NCBI RefSeq assembly: GCF_006345805.1
Contig: NC_043002.1
Span: 66,712,001 to 66,776,000 of the forward strand
Source of the DNA: Octopus sinensis
Lineage: Eukaryota
Reading direction: 5' to 3'
Length of the DNA stretch: 64,000 nt
Made by a program: the position numbers and the translations under genes. This document shows positions 39,313 through 51,478 of the stretch, one piece after another; position 1 is the first letter of the stretch, and each line of letters starts with the position of its first letter. The notes beneath the pieces are model-generated. The model was not told the origin of the DNA, made no database searches, and saw only the letters and a program-made list of their open reading frames with translations.

Positions 39313-39839
39313 ATGGATCACTGTAAATATTAAAATAAAAATAATTTCCTTCCAAATTTCAAAGAATTAAACGAACTAAAATAAAGTATCAGTCAAGCAA
39401 TGTGGCCAATTGAATCTAACCCATGTAAAATAATGTATTTTATCGACCCTGTGGGGTTTGCTAGGTAAAGTTAAATTCGGCAGAATTTGAACTCAGAACT
39501 AAAAGAACTAAAACAAATACCGCATGACACTTTATTCGATGTTCTAACGATTCTACCAACCCATCGCCATGATGGCCTCCTGTCTTGGCCATCTGTATTG
39601 CTACAATCATGAGTTTTTATTAAGAACTGTCGCTGCAACATAACACGAAAAATACACATTAATCAATACTAAAAGCTGCTAATCAGTCGTTGTAAATTTG
39701 TTATTATCGATCTTTTATTGAATTTTTATTTAAAAAAAAAGACTAGAATTTTTTCTTTTTTTTTGTATATCTATTTTCTTTGATAAGATTAACAGTGCTG
39801 CCAGTCGAATATATTTAAGCAATTCAATAAATAACGACG

Positions 39840-39897
<58 letters not shown>

Positions 39898-41400
39898 ATA
39901 GTAATAATAATAACAACAATAATAACAATAATAATGACCCTTTCTACTATAGACACAAGACCACAAATTTTGGGGGAGGGGCCTGTCGGTTACTTCGACC
40001 CCAGTACTCAGCTGGTACTTAGTTTATTGACCCCGTCAAGATGAAAGGCAAAGTCGACCTCGGTGGGAGTTGAACACGGAAGAGGAGGAGAAGAAGAAGA
40101 AGAAGAAGAAGAAGAAGAAGAAGCTATGATGACGAAACGGTTCTATTCTGGTGAATTGACGTATATAGCTCTATTACATTCGATCCATTTCATCTTATTT
40201 CATTTTACCGACGATTTCCAATTAAAATTATAGACTGATATGCTTTAGCCTCTCACAGCATTACATAAAAAGAGAATGGGTCACAAACCAACGAGCTGGT
40301 ACGTGATCGTTCAACTTCCTACAATTCACAACAGTTTTTTTAATTTTTTATCCCAAATAACATCCTAAATAAAGTATTCGTAGATATACTATGTCTGAAA
40401 AGAAAAATAAATATAACTATAAAAAAAACTTTTGTAAAACCGGAAGTTGGGATTCTAATGCCTTTGATCATAAGATTGTTCGATAGGGGATGATTTGAGG
40501 ATCACAAAATGACGGCAACAAACTCTTCCTCAGCGACCGTGACATAATGACCTGTAAAAGTGTGGCGTGGCTGCAGAAGTAGAAAGAGATTAAAATTGGA
40601 GATGAAATAAAATAGAAGCGGAAATAGTAAATTATGAATGCTTTACAATCAAAGCATTTACAATAGAATTGAAGCTTAATACATTGAATATTATATATAT
40701 GAAATATGTTAACATATACATTGAATTTATACTGGGAAACGTATACAAATTCCAGACAGTTTGAAAGGACCGATTAGCTGTACCCATCGACCCCAGGATT
40801 TCATTGTTTCTTATTTTATCAACCCCGGAAGGATGAATAGCAAGGATTACCTCAACTGGATTGTTCTTAGAACGTGAAGAGCCGGAGAAAATATCGCAAG
40901 GCATTTTTCCGATACTCTAAAGATTTTGTCTGTTCACCACCCTCATATCGAGGAAGAATACAAGAATTTTTTATGAGGAATTTTGAGAGTTGGAGATTAG
41001 TCGTTACCATCACCCGATCACTTTATTCTATCGACCCCAAAAGGATGGTTACTCTATTTTATCGATCCCGAAAGGATGGGTTACTATCAGAGTGGAGGTT
41101 TCTTTTGATGATGATTGTTCTCACCTTAGTTTCGACGAAGATTGTTCTAGTTGCATGAACTACGGATCTCTCTTTTATAATAAGTCTTATAATCAGGTCT
41201 TGTGGCTATGTTAGAAACAATTGTATTATAGAGTTGTCTGGATATGCTACAGGCAAGATTCTGTTGGTTTGACATTCTATGTCACATGTCTGCAAAGAGT
41301 TTAAACTCATTCAAATCTCAAAAACGATAAACAAAAGTTGTAGAGTAATAACAGAGCTACTAAAGACCTTATGGGTAAAAATACTTTTCAAATAAGTAAT

Positions 41401-41570
41401 ATCCTCACCTAAAAGTTGATATTGTGTTAGAACACAGAATACTTCGATAGTTGCTATGAGAGAACCTCTCATATCAGCTTTTGGTGCATATAAGCACCGA
41501 TATGAGAGGTTCTCTCATACTAACTATCGAAGAATACTGTGTTCTAACACATCCACTTTTAAGTGGGGAT
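41401..41570. repeat. Foldback with ~65-80-bp arms and nested hairpins
   Basis: 41411-41475 is approximately the reverse complement of 41499-41560; central GGTGC-ATATAA-GCACC hairpin. Confidence 0.75.
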
Positions 41571-42610
41571 AAAATAATACCTTTTGGTATTCATACGGCA
41601 TATGTCACGAATAATTACTTTTCAAATAATCTAATAAGAGTGTTAATTCAAACAACATTGGAAAGAACTAAAGTAAAATTTTTAAAAACGAACGAATTTA
41701 TCTGACTGCACAGCTACGTGGTAATGTGTGTATGAGACAAAGTTTGATCATTGAATTACTGGTGCAAACCATTACATTTATAGGAGACATCCAATAGGCT
41801 TCAGCGTAGTTTCCGTTTCGTTTCTCCAGATTCACAATCAAGGCTTTGGTCGAATCAAGGTTATGAAGAGAGAAAAAAAGCTTTTGCTCATGCTGCAAAG
41901 CTGTGGGATCAGAATGGTATCAAGCTCAGAACTCCTCGATTGCTAAGCGAACATCTTAACCAATTAAGCCATGCTTGCCCTTATACGCAGGTACCTCGTT
42001 GGTTCAGAACAAAATTTATAGGGTGAAACTTTCAGCAGAAGCTTCTCATGTAGTTCTCACACATTCTGCTAATGTCAGGAATAGCAGTTAATAGTGACAA
42101 CTAATAGGTTTCTTTACTAAAGATTCTTAGATAAGTAGAGGAATATTTTTTGATTTATCTGTGTAAGATATCGTGTTGCAAAAGCATATATTCTAGCATA
42201 TATGAACTTAGATTGCGGTAACTGACAAAGATCAAACAAGGAAAAAAACATGAAAGGTAAGCAGTTCTTCAGAAGAAAATGGAGGCATTTTTCACTCACG
42301 CAAAAAGGCATTCATAGCTTGAGTTGTCTTCTAGTATAGTTAGGTTTTCAGAAATTAAGGAGTAATTCAGAATACAGTAAAATATACTTAAATAATATAA
42401 TATATAAAGTGAGGTTATTGTTCAATATTAAGAAGTGTTTTATGTTTTGTTTATAACTGATAATCTAATGCAAAATAAAAATCTCCAAAATGCCAAAAAG
42501 AAACACACACACACATACACACACGCACGCACACACACTTGTGCATGTATGTAGGTGTATGTATGTCTATCTATCTATCCATCTATCTATCTATCTATCT
42601 ATCTATCTAC

Positions 42611-42667
<57 letters not shown>

Positions 42668-43013
42668 AGGGTAAGATTAATTAATTAATTGATTAATAAT
42701 TAATCATTCGACCAAGTAGTCAGTACATTAAAATAACCTTTATAGGTGAAATATACAGAATATTCTATAATTATATAAGTAATTATAATCAGGGGTCAGC
42801 TAATTGCTTCGCCACGTACCGAAATTAGGAGTAGATGCTAATATCATTTCAACTACCATACGTATCTCCGAAACAATAACACACTTTTTTATGTAGGCAG
42901 TTTGCAGACAGATGGATGGACGGACAGACAAACAGACAGACACACAGACAGACGGATGGACGGACAGACAGGCGGGCGGATGGATGGAAAGACAGACAGA
43001 CAGACAGACAGAC

Positions 43014-43100
<87 letters not shown>

Positions 43101-43736
43101 CAGACAAATGTAGAGACAGTAAAGTTTGGTCAAAGCCGATGACTTATTCCAGCGCTACTAGCAGTCTTATGTATTTTCATATTCGAAGCACTTCATTTAT
43201 ACAATGCGAGATTTTACAGTTGGCCGAAACCACGATCCGGTTTAGATTCTAGATTTACGCCTTTAAGAAAGTTAAAAGTGTTGTAACAATAATTTTCGTC
43301 CAACGGAAGTCGGAAAGCATAATTCCTGTGGATTTCTTTGTCAATGAACGAACGCAAACAAGCCAGAAACTGGAAGTAGCCGCATATTAAACACATTTTA
43401 TCCAGTTTATCCTGTTTGTAGACAAGAACCTGTATATGTTCACACATACATAAATACATACATCAAATTATTGATTTTAAATTTTGGATCAAGGCCAACA
43501 AATTAGGCGGAGGGCATAAGTCGATTACATTAACCCCAGTGTTCAACTGCTACTTATTTTTCAAACTCCCGAAAAGAAAAAAGGCAAAGTGGAGCTACGG
43601 GGAATTTTAACTCCGAACATAAAAACGGACGAAGTGCCGCTAAACATTTTGCCTGGCGCAGTAAAGACTCTGCCAGCTCACAGCTTTATAAACATCGAGG
43701 CGCAAGAGTGGCTGTGTGGTAAGTAGCTTACTTACC

Positions 43737-45752
43737 AGACAGACGTGCTGTTTTTTGCTCCGGCAAATGTCACGTGTTAACGTGAATTATTGAACATTTT
43801 ACGGCAACAGGTAGGACATTTTGGATATTTTTGGAAGCATAGTGAGGTTTATTGCTTGCCGTTGATACTTTTTTGGCATTAATGTCAATTAGTGTTAACA
43901 CTTTTCTGCGCGTAATAAGCTTCACTTTGCTTCGGAGGTATTTGTTCTGCCTGTTGGCATATTTATTGTCTCACCTTTTAGTGAGAATTGTGTGTTTTGA
44001 GAAGCATAGCCCCTCCTCAAAAATTAATTTGTTCGCTTGGATTTACCACAGAGAACCAATTGTGCTTGGATTTACCACGGAGAACCAATTGTGCTTGGAT
44101 TTACCACGGAGAACCAAGTGTGATGCAACTGGAGTACCCTGTTTCGTGAGGATTACCAGTTGCAGAACTGTGTTGCCATTATTTGAACTGTCTTCCTTCG
44201 TCCTTTTCTCTGCTCTGTCTTTCTGTTCTGTCATTGTGTTTTTTTTTATTATTGGACTTTTGTTATGGCAAAAAAGGAGTTAACCATGTGGGAGTTAACA
44301 CCTCCGAAGGGTTACCTGAAGGAGCTGGAGGACAAAACCGTGGTGTTGAGGACTTATTCAAAGTCACTCAACACCATAATGGTTTTTCCGAAAGCCACTA
44401 TTATGAACGAGCTGGCAGACTATATGCCAGCCGTTAAATACATTCAACGGGGAGCCAAATACGCAACGATTTGGTTGCTGTTTGACTCCTCTAAAGCAGC
44501 TTGCAATTTCGCAAGCAAGCCCATTGAGGGCGAAGAGATTTTGTTTCTCCCAAGCTACAAGGGAGAAAAATTAATAAGATTATGGGTCTGCGGCCTGCCT
44601 GCCACCGGCTTTGAGCCCGAGTGGGTGAAGATTCTATCCGCCGGGGTCTGAAGTGGTGGTAGCGCCAAGATCCTGAACGTAAGAAGCAGCCTGCGGCTGA
44701 TTGGGAGGGGTCAAAGGCTACTTTGACTCTATGGACCCAGTCAGCCAAGAGTCTGGTTTTGCCGGACTTTTTGAGGATGGCTGGGTCCAAGTATCCGGTG
44801 ATGCTTGAGGGACGCCCCCCCCCCAAGTGTCACCTGTGTTTGGAGACCGGCCACATTAAGAAGAACTGCCCCAGGGACCAGAGTAGGATCCTGGAGAAGT
44901 TAATATCAGAGCCTCTCCCTGTCCCACCAATGGAGGGAGAGAAACAGAACGAGGAAGCGGTGGCTTCCTCAACAAGAAAACGAAAAGTGGAAAACAATGG
45001 TGACTCACTAAAAGACCCGGAAGCTACCGTAGAAAGAGTGGACCCGGCGTGTGCAACGCCCGAACCTCAACCTCCCGTGGCCCAGGGTAAAAAGAAAAAA
45101 AGAAAGAAAAGAAACGGGACGCCGCCAGCGGATTGTAACACGCAGACGGCGTCTCCCATGTGTCCTCCGGCGGTCGTGGGGCCGGAGAAATATTATGTGG
45201 TCCTCTTCCACAAAGGAGGTACACTAGAGAATGAAATAGGTAAGATGAGGAAGAGAAACCAATGGGAGGGACTTCGGTCCTGCATGGAGTATCCCGAGTG
45301 GCCTTCACAGCTGGCTGCGGAGGTCCTACTCGAAAATGATATGTGCAGGATCGAGAATTCTTTCCCGGAGGATCTCTTGCAAGTTATACCTATATGCAGG
45401 GGCCTGACGAAGAACGATTGCGTCATTAAAGCAAGAGCGTTCATCGGTCAGGTAACGTGAACCTGTATTTGGGTTATATTGCGATAGAGGTTTATTGCCT
45501 CTGGAAAAACTTTTGAAATTGTAAATTGTAAAATTTGGAATTTTTTTTGAAATTTTTGAATTTTTGTAAAATTTTGGAAATTTTGTAAAATTATTGGAAA
45601 AAAAGAACATTGTTTTAGAGAAGCAAGATTCGGCGGGCGCTCTTTGACTTCTCCCATCACCATCTTCATCCACCACCACCATCATCCATTAATGTCTTTG
45701 TCCAGCCCGTAGCTACTCTGTGTGCTGCCCTAGTGGCAAAATTGTTGAAATA
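43737..45752 (+). mobile_element. ORF1-only Tx1/L1-like retroelement flanked by a 16-bp direct repeat
   Basis: 5' UTR with three 29-bp repeats (44037-44122), frameshifted gag-like ORF, AATAAA at the 3' end; AAGTAGCTTACTTACC at 43721-43736 and 45753-45768. Confidence 0.65.
44265..45460 (+). pseudogene. Gag/ORF1-like protein with CCHC zinc knuckle, broken into two ORFs (44265-44651, 44723-45460)
   Basis: CHLCLETGHIKKNCP = CX2CX4HX4C; upstream RLWVCGLP segment like the RRM-type region of non-LTR ORF1; basic KKKKRKKR stretch; no RT or endonuclease follows. Confidence 0.7.
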
Positions 45753-45768
45753 AAGTAGCTTACTTACC

Positions 45769-46110
45769 TTGCAACAGAAGAGTTCGCATTTTTTCATGCT
45801 GCTTGGAAGTCACGTCTTTCGACGTGAAAATTTAAAAAATTGGAGCACGACATTTGTCTGCCTGTGGTTCTGCAAAAAGATTCACGTTGCAGTGAGAATA
45901 GTGTTTTGGGGAGGCGTATTCCCTCCAGGAAAAAATTTTTGTTTGTGAAAATTCTTTTTTTTTTTACTGTGTTCGTGCCCGGGAATTACCTTTGGATTTA
46001 CCATTCAGGCAAGGAGTGCGAAGACGGCAAAGAATTTAATTTTTGTGCTGCGACGGGGAACTGCGGATTACCTGAGTAGCAGAATTTTGTTGCCAGTTGA
46101 ACTGCACGCA
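45769..46110 (+). mobile_element. 5' UTR fragment of a related ORF1-type element
   Basis: Shares TTGGATTTACCA and GGATTACC..AG.AGCAGAA.T.TGTTGCCA..TTGAACTG with 44037-44190. Confidence 0.5.
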
Positions 46111-46319
46111 CAATGAGACAAAGCTACACACACACACACACAAACACGAACATACAAACACATGAATATGCAGAATACATACATGCAAACGTACACACCA
46201 TGCATGCCCATATATATATATATATATGCACATTCACACACACGTACGTGCATACACACACATAGATGCATACATACATACATTTGTGTAAGCGCAGGCA
46301 CACTGACCCACACACATGC

Positions 46320-46550
46320 GCACAAACAAAAAGAACGCAGCTCGGATAACGTACAGAGTCAACCACTATTGGAAAGGTTGCAAGACGCAATGAAAATTTT
46401 AGAAAAAATAAATAAGTAGATGAGTGGAAACTGAACCGGTGAGTGTTAAATAATAAGGCACAGAAAGAGAAAGACTCTCTCCAGACAACAAAATATGCTA
46501 CAAACACACACGAACTGACATAAAGAATCTTGTAAACCAAATCCCAAAAC
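46320..46550 (+). repeat. Dispersed repeat of unassigned family
   Basis: Reverse-complement homolog at 58255-58500 (GGTTGCAAGACGCAA.GAAAATTTTAG; AAAGAATCTTG.AAACCAAATCCCAAA). Confidence 0.7.
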
Positions 46551-46552
46551 GA

Positions 46553-46560
46553 AATATATA

Positions 46561-46600
<40 letters not shown>

Positions 46601-46743
46601 ATAATATGTATATATAATATATATATAATATATATATATATGTATATATATATATAATATATATATATGTATATATATAATAACATAATATATATAATAA
46701 TTATATGTATGTATAATATAATATATATATATATATATATATG

Positions 46744-46788
<45 letters not shown>

Positions 46789-46821
46789 ATATATATATTA
46801 TATATATATTATATATATGTA

Positions 46822-46908
<87 letters not shown>

Positions 46909-46941
46909 ATATGTATGTATATTATATATATATATATATAT
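46553..46941. repeat. (TA)n microsatellite flanking the PLE (left)
   Basis: Direct observation. Confidence 0.95.
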
Positions 46942-47093
46942 ATCAAAGAGCAATATAAAGATTCAAGTTAATTTAAAAAATTTACTTGAATATGGTACCT
47001 AACTTAGATGCACCAAAAAAAACTATACTGATTTAACAATACAGTAATGTGGGGTGATTATAAGCGAGAAAGAAGCAACAAGAATGGATAGGT

Positions 47094-47184
47094 TTTTAGT
47101 ACGATCGTTTCATACAAGGACAGGTTTTATTAAAAGTTGCAAAGATTACAGCATATAAACGAGTCCCGTACTCATCAGCTAAAA
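47094..47184 (-). ncRNA. Type I hammerhead ribozyme motif (family 5)
   Basis: TTTTAG-CTGATGA-GTACGGGAC..GTCCTTGTAT-GAAA-CGATCG-TA/CTAAAA: 6-bp stem I, palindromic stem III ACGATCGT, GUA triplet. Confidence 0.85.
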
Positions 47185-48620
47185 TACATGTAAGTTCTCT
47201 AGACATCCTAGTGTTTGAGGCTATACTCATGAAGTAATGTAGATAATTAAACAGATTTCTAAAGTTCATTAAAGTTCTTTAAAGATGATGTACAGTCTTA
47301 TCACAGAATTTAAAAAAAGTTTTGATAGCATCACAGAGAGGTGACCTAATCCATATGAATTTCCATAGATATGATGAGGGATTATATACTCACAGAAGAC
47401 AATTTATCCATTGTTAATTACAACGAGGTGGGTCTCAATTCCTGCTTATTAGCATTACAGAGAGGGTGAATTAATCCTTTGTATATATGCACAGATTCCA
47501 ATGGTGTAGATGTAAATTTCCAGAGAAATGGAGATGAATTTCATATTCACAGGCGATAAATTTTACAATGGTTGAACACAATGAGGTAGGTATCAATCCT
47601 TGTTATATGATTAGGTATTTGCCACATTAATCACATTACTGCTATTCACAAGAGGCTGCAGCTATTTAACTCTTAAAGGCTGAAGGGCTACTAGATCGGC
47701 CAAGAATAGAGAAGGGAATAGAAGAAAAGAGAGAAAATAATGGAGGAGGGAGCAAAAGGGGGGGGGAAGGGGGACTAAAAGAGAAAGAAAAGGAAACAGA
47801 GAATAAGAAGAAGAAAAAGAGAAAAGAGAAAAGAGAAAGAAATAGGGAAGAAGGGAAAAAAAAAAAGAAAAAAAGAGGGTTCTAGTTATACAGAAGAGTT
47901 AGTAGACTGTAAGTCTGGTTTTAATCAACAGGCATCTAGGAACTAGAGGAGAATATTATTCTTTGACCAGTAAACCGTTAATTTATTGCTGTTGAAATCA
48001 GCTATGAGTTTAAAGAGAATCTAAAGAGATAACACAGTCAGGGGTTAAGGGGTCAGATGCTAAAATCACCAGAAAATACATTAGGAAAATCTAAGTATAA
48101 TCTTATCAAAAAGTCATTAAAAATTTACTTATTTAATTTATTCATTTTATTGTCTTAAGGAGTTGTCGTTATTATTCATACATTGACTGACTACAGGTCA
48201 AATCTTATAAGATCATTTACAAGGTGTTAGGGATTGTCTATCATAATGAAGATAATCATATTATCACCGAGGGAATAGCCTTATTTATTTAATTATGAAA
48301 TAGAATTATGGGGCTACAGTAACTCATTATAATTTATTAGAGTTATGCTACTTAAATTAGATTAAGTTAGGAATTAAAATTAAATATTACAATTAAGATT
48401 TAAAATTAAGAATTTAAAAATTGTGAGTTTGAAATTAAATAAAGCCTCAATTAAGTAGCGAATAAGTACTATTCATTTCCCTGTTCTCAAAAAACTGATG
48501 CAGATATAAGGAAAAAGATAAAGATAACTGTAATGTGATAACTCTTAGTTATCTACTTAAAGCAGTGCTATACTAGTAGAAATCAAGTTATATCTATCTA
48601 TCTAGTTATGAATATTCCAA

Positions 48621-49020
48621 TCATTTAAAATATTTTAAAGTCTTCAATTTAGCGTGGACACAACTTGACCTAGTTCGATATGGTTATTCAATAAGTTTCT
48701 ATGTTTACTATGCTTTAGAATTTCGTACGTCTCCATGGAGCATAGTTGACAACCAACCCTACTATTTTTTACGGAATTGCTCTCCTAACTATTTCCCAAT
48801 TAAGGGTATAATTTTTATTATTATTTTTGAGTTCCCAGATTTTGTTTGAAAGTGTGGTGGTACCAGCTTTATGACGTAATTTAAAAGTCGAGATGTGATT
48901 TCTAACTCTGGCTAAAAAATTAATTGTACAGCCAATGTAAAAATATTTGTTATTCTCCGTAGATATGGTACATTTATAGATTACATTATTTTCCCTACAT
49001 AGACCAGGTGCCGGGCATTT
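48621..49020 (-). pseudogene. GIY-YIG endonuclease domain of a Penelope-like retroelement (frameshifted)
   Basis: 49020-48769 translates KCPAPGLCRENNVIYKCTISTENNKYFYIGCTINFLARVRNHISTFKLRHKAGTTTLSNKIWELKNNNKNYTLNWEIVRRAIP; continues in a shifted frame GCQLCSMETYEILKHSKHRNLLNN; VIY..YIG, R, E and N motifs present. Confidence 0.85.
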
Positions 49021-49351
49021 TGATTTTATTCATTGGAATCTGTGCATATATACAAAGGATTAATTCACCCTCTCTGTAATGCTAATAAGCAGGAATTGAG
49101 ACCCACCTCGTTGTAATTAACAATGGATAAATTTGTCTTCTGTGAGTATATAATCCCTCATCATATCTATGGAAATTCATATGGATTAGGTCACCTTCTC
49201 TGTGATGCTATCAAAACTTTTTTAAAATTCTGTGATAAGACTGTACATCATCTTTAAAGAACTTTAATGAACTTTAGAAATCTGTTTAATTATCTACATT
49301 ACTTCATGAGTATAGCCTCAAACACTAGGATGTCTAGAGAACTTACATGTA

Positions 49352-49439
49352 TTTTAGCTGATGAGTACGGGACTCGTTATATGCTGTAATCTTTGCAACT
49401 TTTAATAAACCTGTCTTGTATGAAACGATCGTACTAAAA
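49352..49439 (+). ncRNA. Type I hammerhead ribozyme motif (family 5, inverted copy)
   Basis: TTTTAG-CTGATGA-GTACGGGAC..GTCTTGTAT-GAAA-CGATCG-TA/CTAAAA; predicted cleavage after 49433. Confidence 0.85.
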
Positions 49440-49468
49440 ACCTATCCATTCTTGTTGCTTCTTTCTCG

Positions 49469-49800
<332 letters not shown>

Positions 49801-50031
49801 CACGAGCAAAACGCCCCCCCACGATAGCGAGAGCTACACCCTAAACCACTTGCCGTTCACTCCCTCTCTTTATATATGTGTGTGTGTGTGTGTGTATACA
49901 TACATGTACATACATTCATACACACAATGTGTATTACCTTAAAATTTAAATAAGTAGAATTTCTCATTTGTATTAGTCATAATTACTCAACCATTTTTCT
50001 CCCTCTCCTCCTTTACCTTAAGTTGCTTCAG

Positions 50032-50151
50032 GTGTGAAGTGCCGCTTGTTTACTATTTGCTCTACGGCGCTCGCCATGAAATCATTAGTAATTCAATAAG
50101 AAACCCTGCTGTTAATACATTAGATAATCCGGATGATGTTTCTCCAACAGA
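50032..50151 (+). CDS. Candidate internal exon of an unidentified gene
   Basis: Pyrimidine-rich acceptor ...GTTGCTTCAG, donor GTAAGT, 120 nt, symmetric phase 2, open: CEVPLVYYLLYGARHEIISNSIRNPAVNTLDNPDDVSPT. Confidence 0.4.
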
Positions 50152-51396
50152 GTAAGTTACTGATTAGAATTATTATTCAATTAACTACAACACCACAATG
50201 TTTCAATCGATTTAATAATAAAACGTAAATTATAGCGTCTTTCTTAAACATTGTTAACCACTGTTATTAAAATCCAAAAATAGCTAAACAAGATTTTCTT
50301 TTAAATAAAGGCAAATTATTAAAGAATTCATTAAAATATTTATTATTCATTAAGTTATTTATGATTCACTGAAATATTTACGATATCAAATCTTACTTTC
50401 TCTTATGTAATGAACGCATGAATCAACGACAATTATTATACGTAAATGTAAGTGCAGATCTCCTGCGGTTGAATTTGACTCTGATTTTGCTCTACGTTAA
50501 TTTAATCTCTTATCAGTGTGGTTTCTCACAAATATAAATCTCTAAAAGGAAGCCGATAGCGGAATCATAAAGCGATGGATTAAATGCCTTGTAGGGTATA
50601 GTTATTTCACTTTACGTTTTGAGTTCAATCCCACTAGGATCTTTCAGGGACTGGTAATATATACTCTAATCTACACTCATGGGATTGTGATAATAAAGAA
50701 TGTTGTCGTGGCCTGGGAGGGTCGATAATAATACACGCACTGGTTCAATATCACTTCTTTATTGTAATTGGTTAAATATCTAACCAAGTGGCTAATCGAT
50801 CGTTTGTTTAATGTGTTGCCTAAACAATCAATAGGTTTGTTTGTCAAAATCCTTTCGTCATTAATGGCATGTTTCCTCTCTTCAAGGCCTGAAGATTAAC
50901 AATAAAAAGTGTAATACTGAACCAGTACGGGTGTTATTATTTTTGGCGTAATGACCCTCCCAAAACACAACAAGATTTGTTTCAACACACGAATTCATAC
51001 CAAGAATCTTGCAAATCAAATACAACGCGATGATAAATTATATTTCCTCTAAATTCGGCCAGAAAGATCTCTGACTGATATCCTAGAGTTTACAGGTGAA
51101 AACACCAGACATTTACCATCTAAGATTGTAAGTAAGCATGAGTTACCTGCTTGATTGAATAACAAATGTTAATAAATATTCTCATCACATTTTTCATCGA
51201 ATTTGTTAGTAACACTCAAGTTTGTGTCGCTATACCAAAACTTCCATTTTTCCTTCGAAATCCACTTGCTTTTCTTTCATTGAAATTCTTCAATATCTCT
51301 ATATTCGCGAAACTTTGACATGTTAAATATTCAGTTGATGTTAATAAATATTTTTTTCTTTGGTTTGTAAAATGTGAAATTTCCCTTGGTTGTCAG

Positions 51397-51478
51397 ATAA
51401 TTACGGATTCCCGGAGATCTTACGCCCTCTCGCAAGACACCAGTTTCGGCGTATACAAGCAATATCATGGCGTATGAA
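51397..51478 (+). CDS. Candidate exon of an unidentified gene
   Basis: Acceptor TTCCCTTGGTTGTCAG, weak donor GTGAAT, open: NYGFPEILRPLARHQFRRIQAISWRM. Confidence 0.25.

Larger units (their letters stand above)
46942..49468 (-). mobile_element. Penelope-like element, 5'-truncated, with inverted pseudo-LTR
   Basis: GIY-YIG remnant at 48621-49020; 47065-47503 is the reverse complement of 49031-49468 (~439 bp); one HHR in each repeat; (TA)n on both sides. Confidence 0.85.

Noticed and set aside
42160-42260. Candidate exon ending at AAAG|GTAAGC
   Set aside because: In-frame stop in every frame
46365-46410. Hammerhead-like GGTTGC-AAGAC-GCAA(T/C)-GAAA-ATTT-TA motif, also at 58400-58440 minus, with a possible U3-A8 core swap
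   Set aside because: No stem I pairing in either copy, core differs between copies (TTGGAAA vs TTGAAAA) and stem II is out of register
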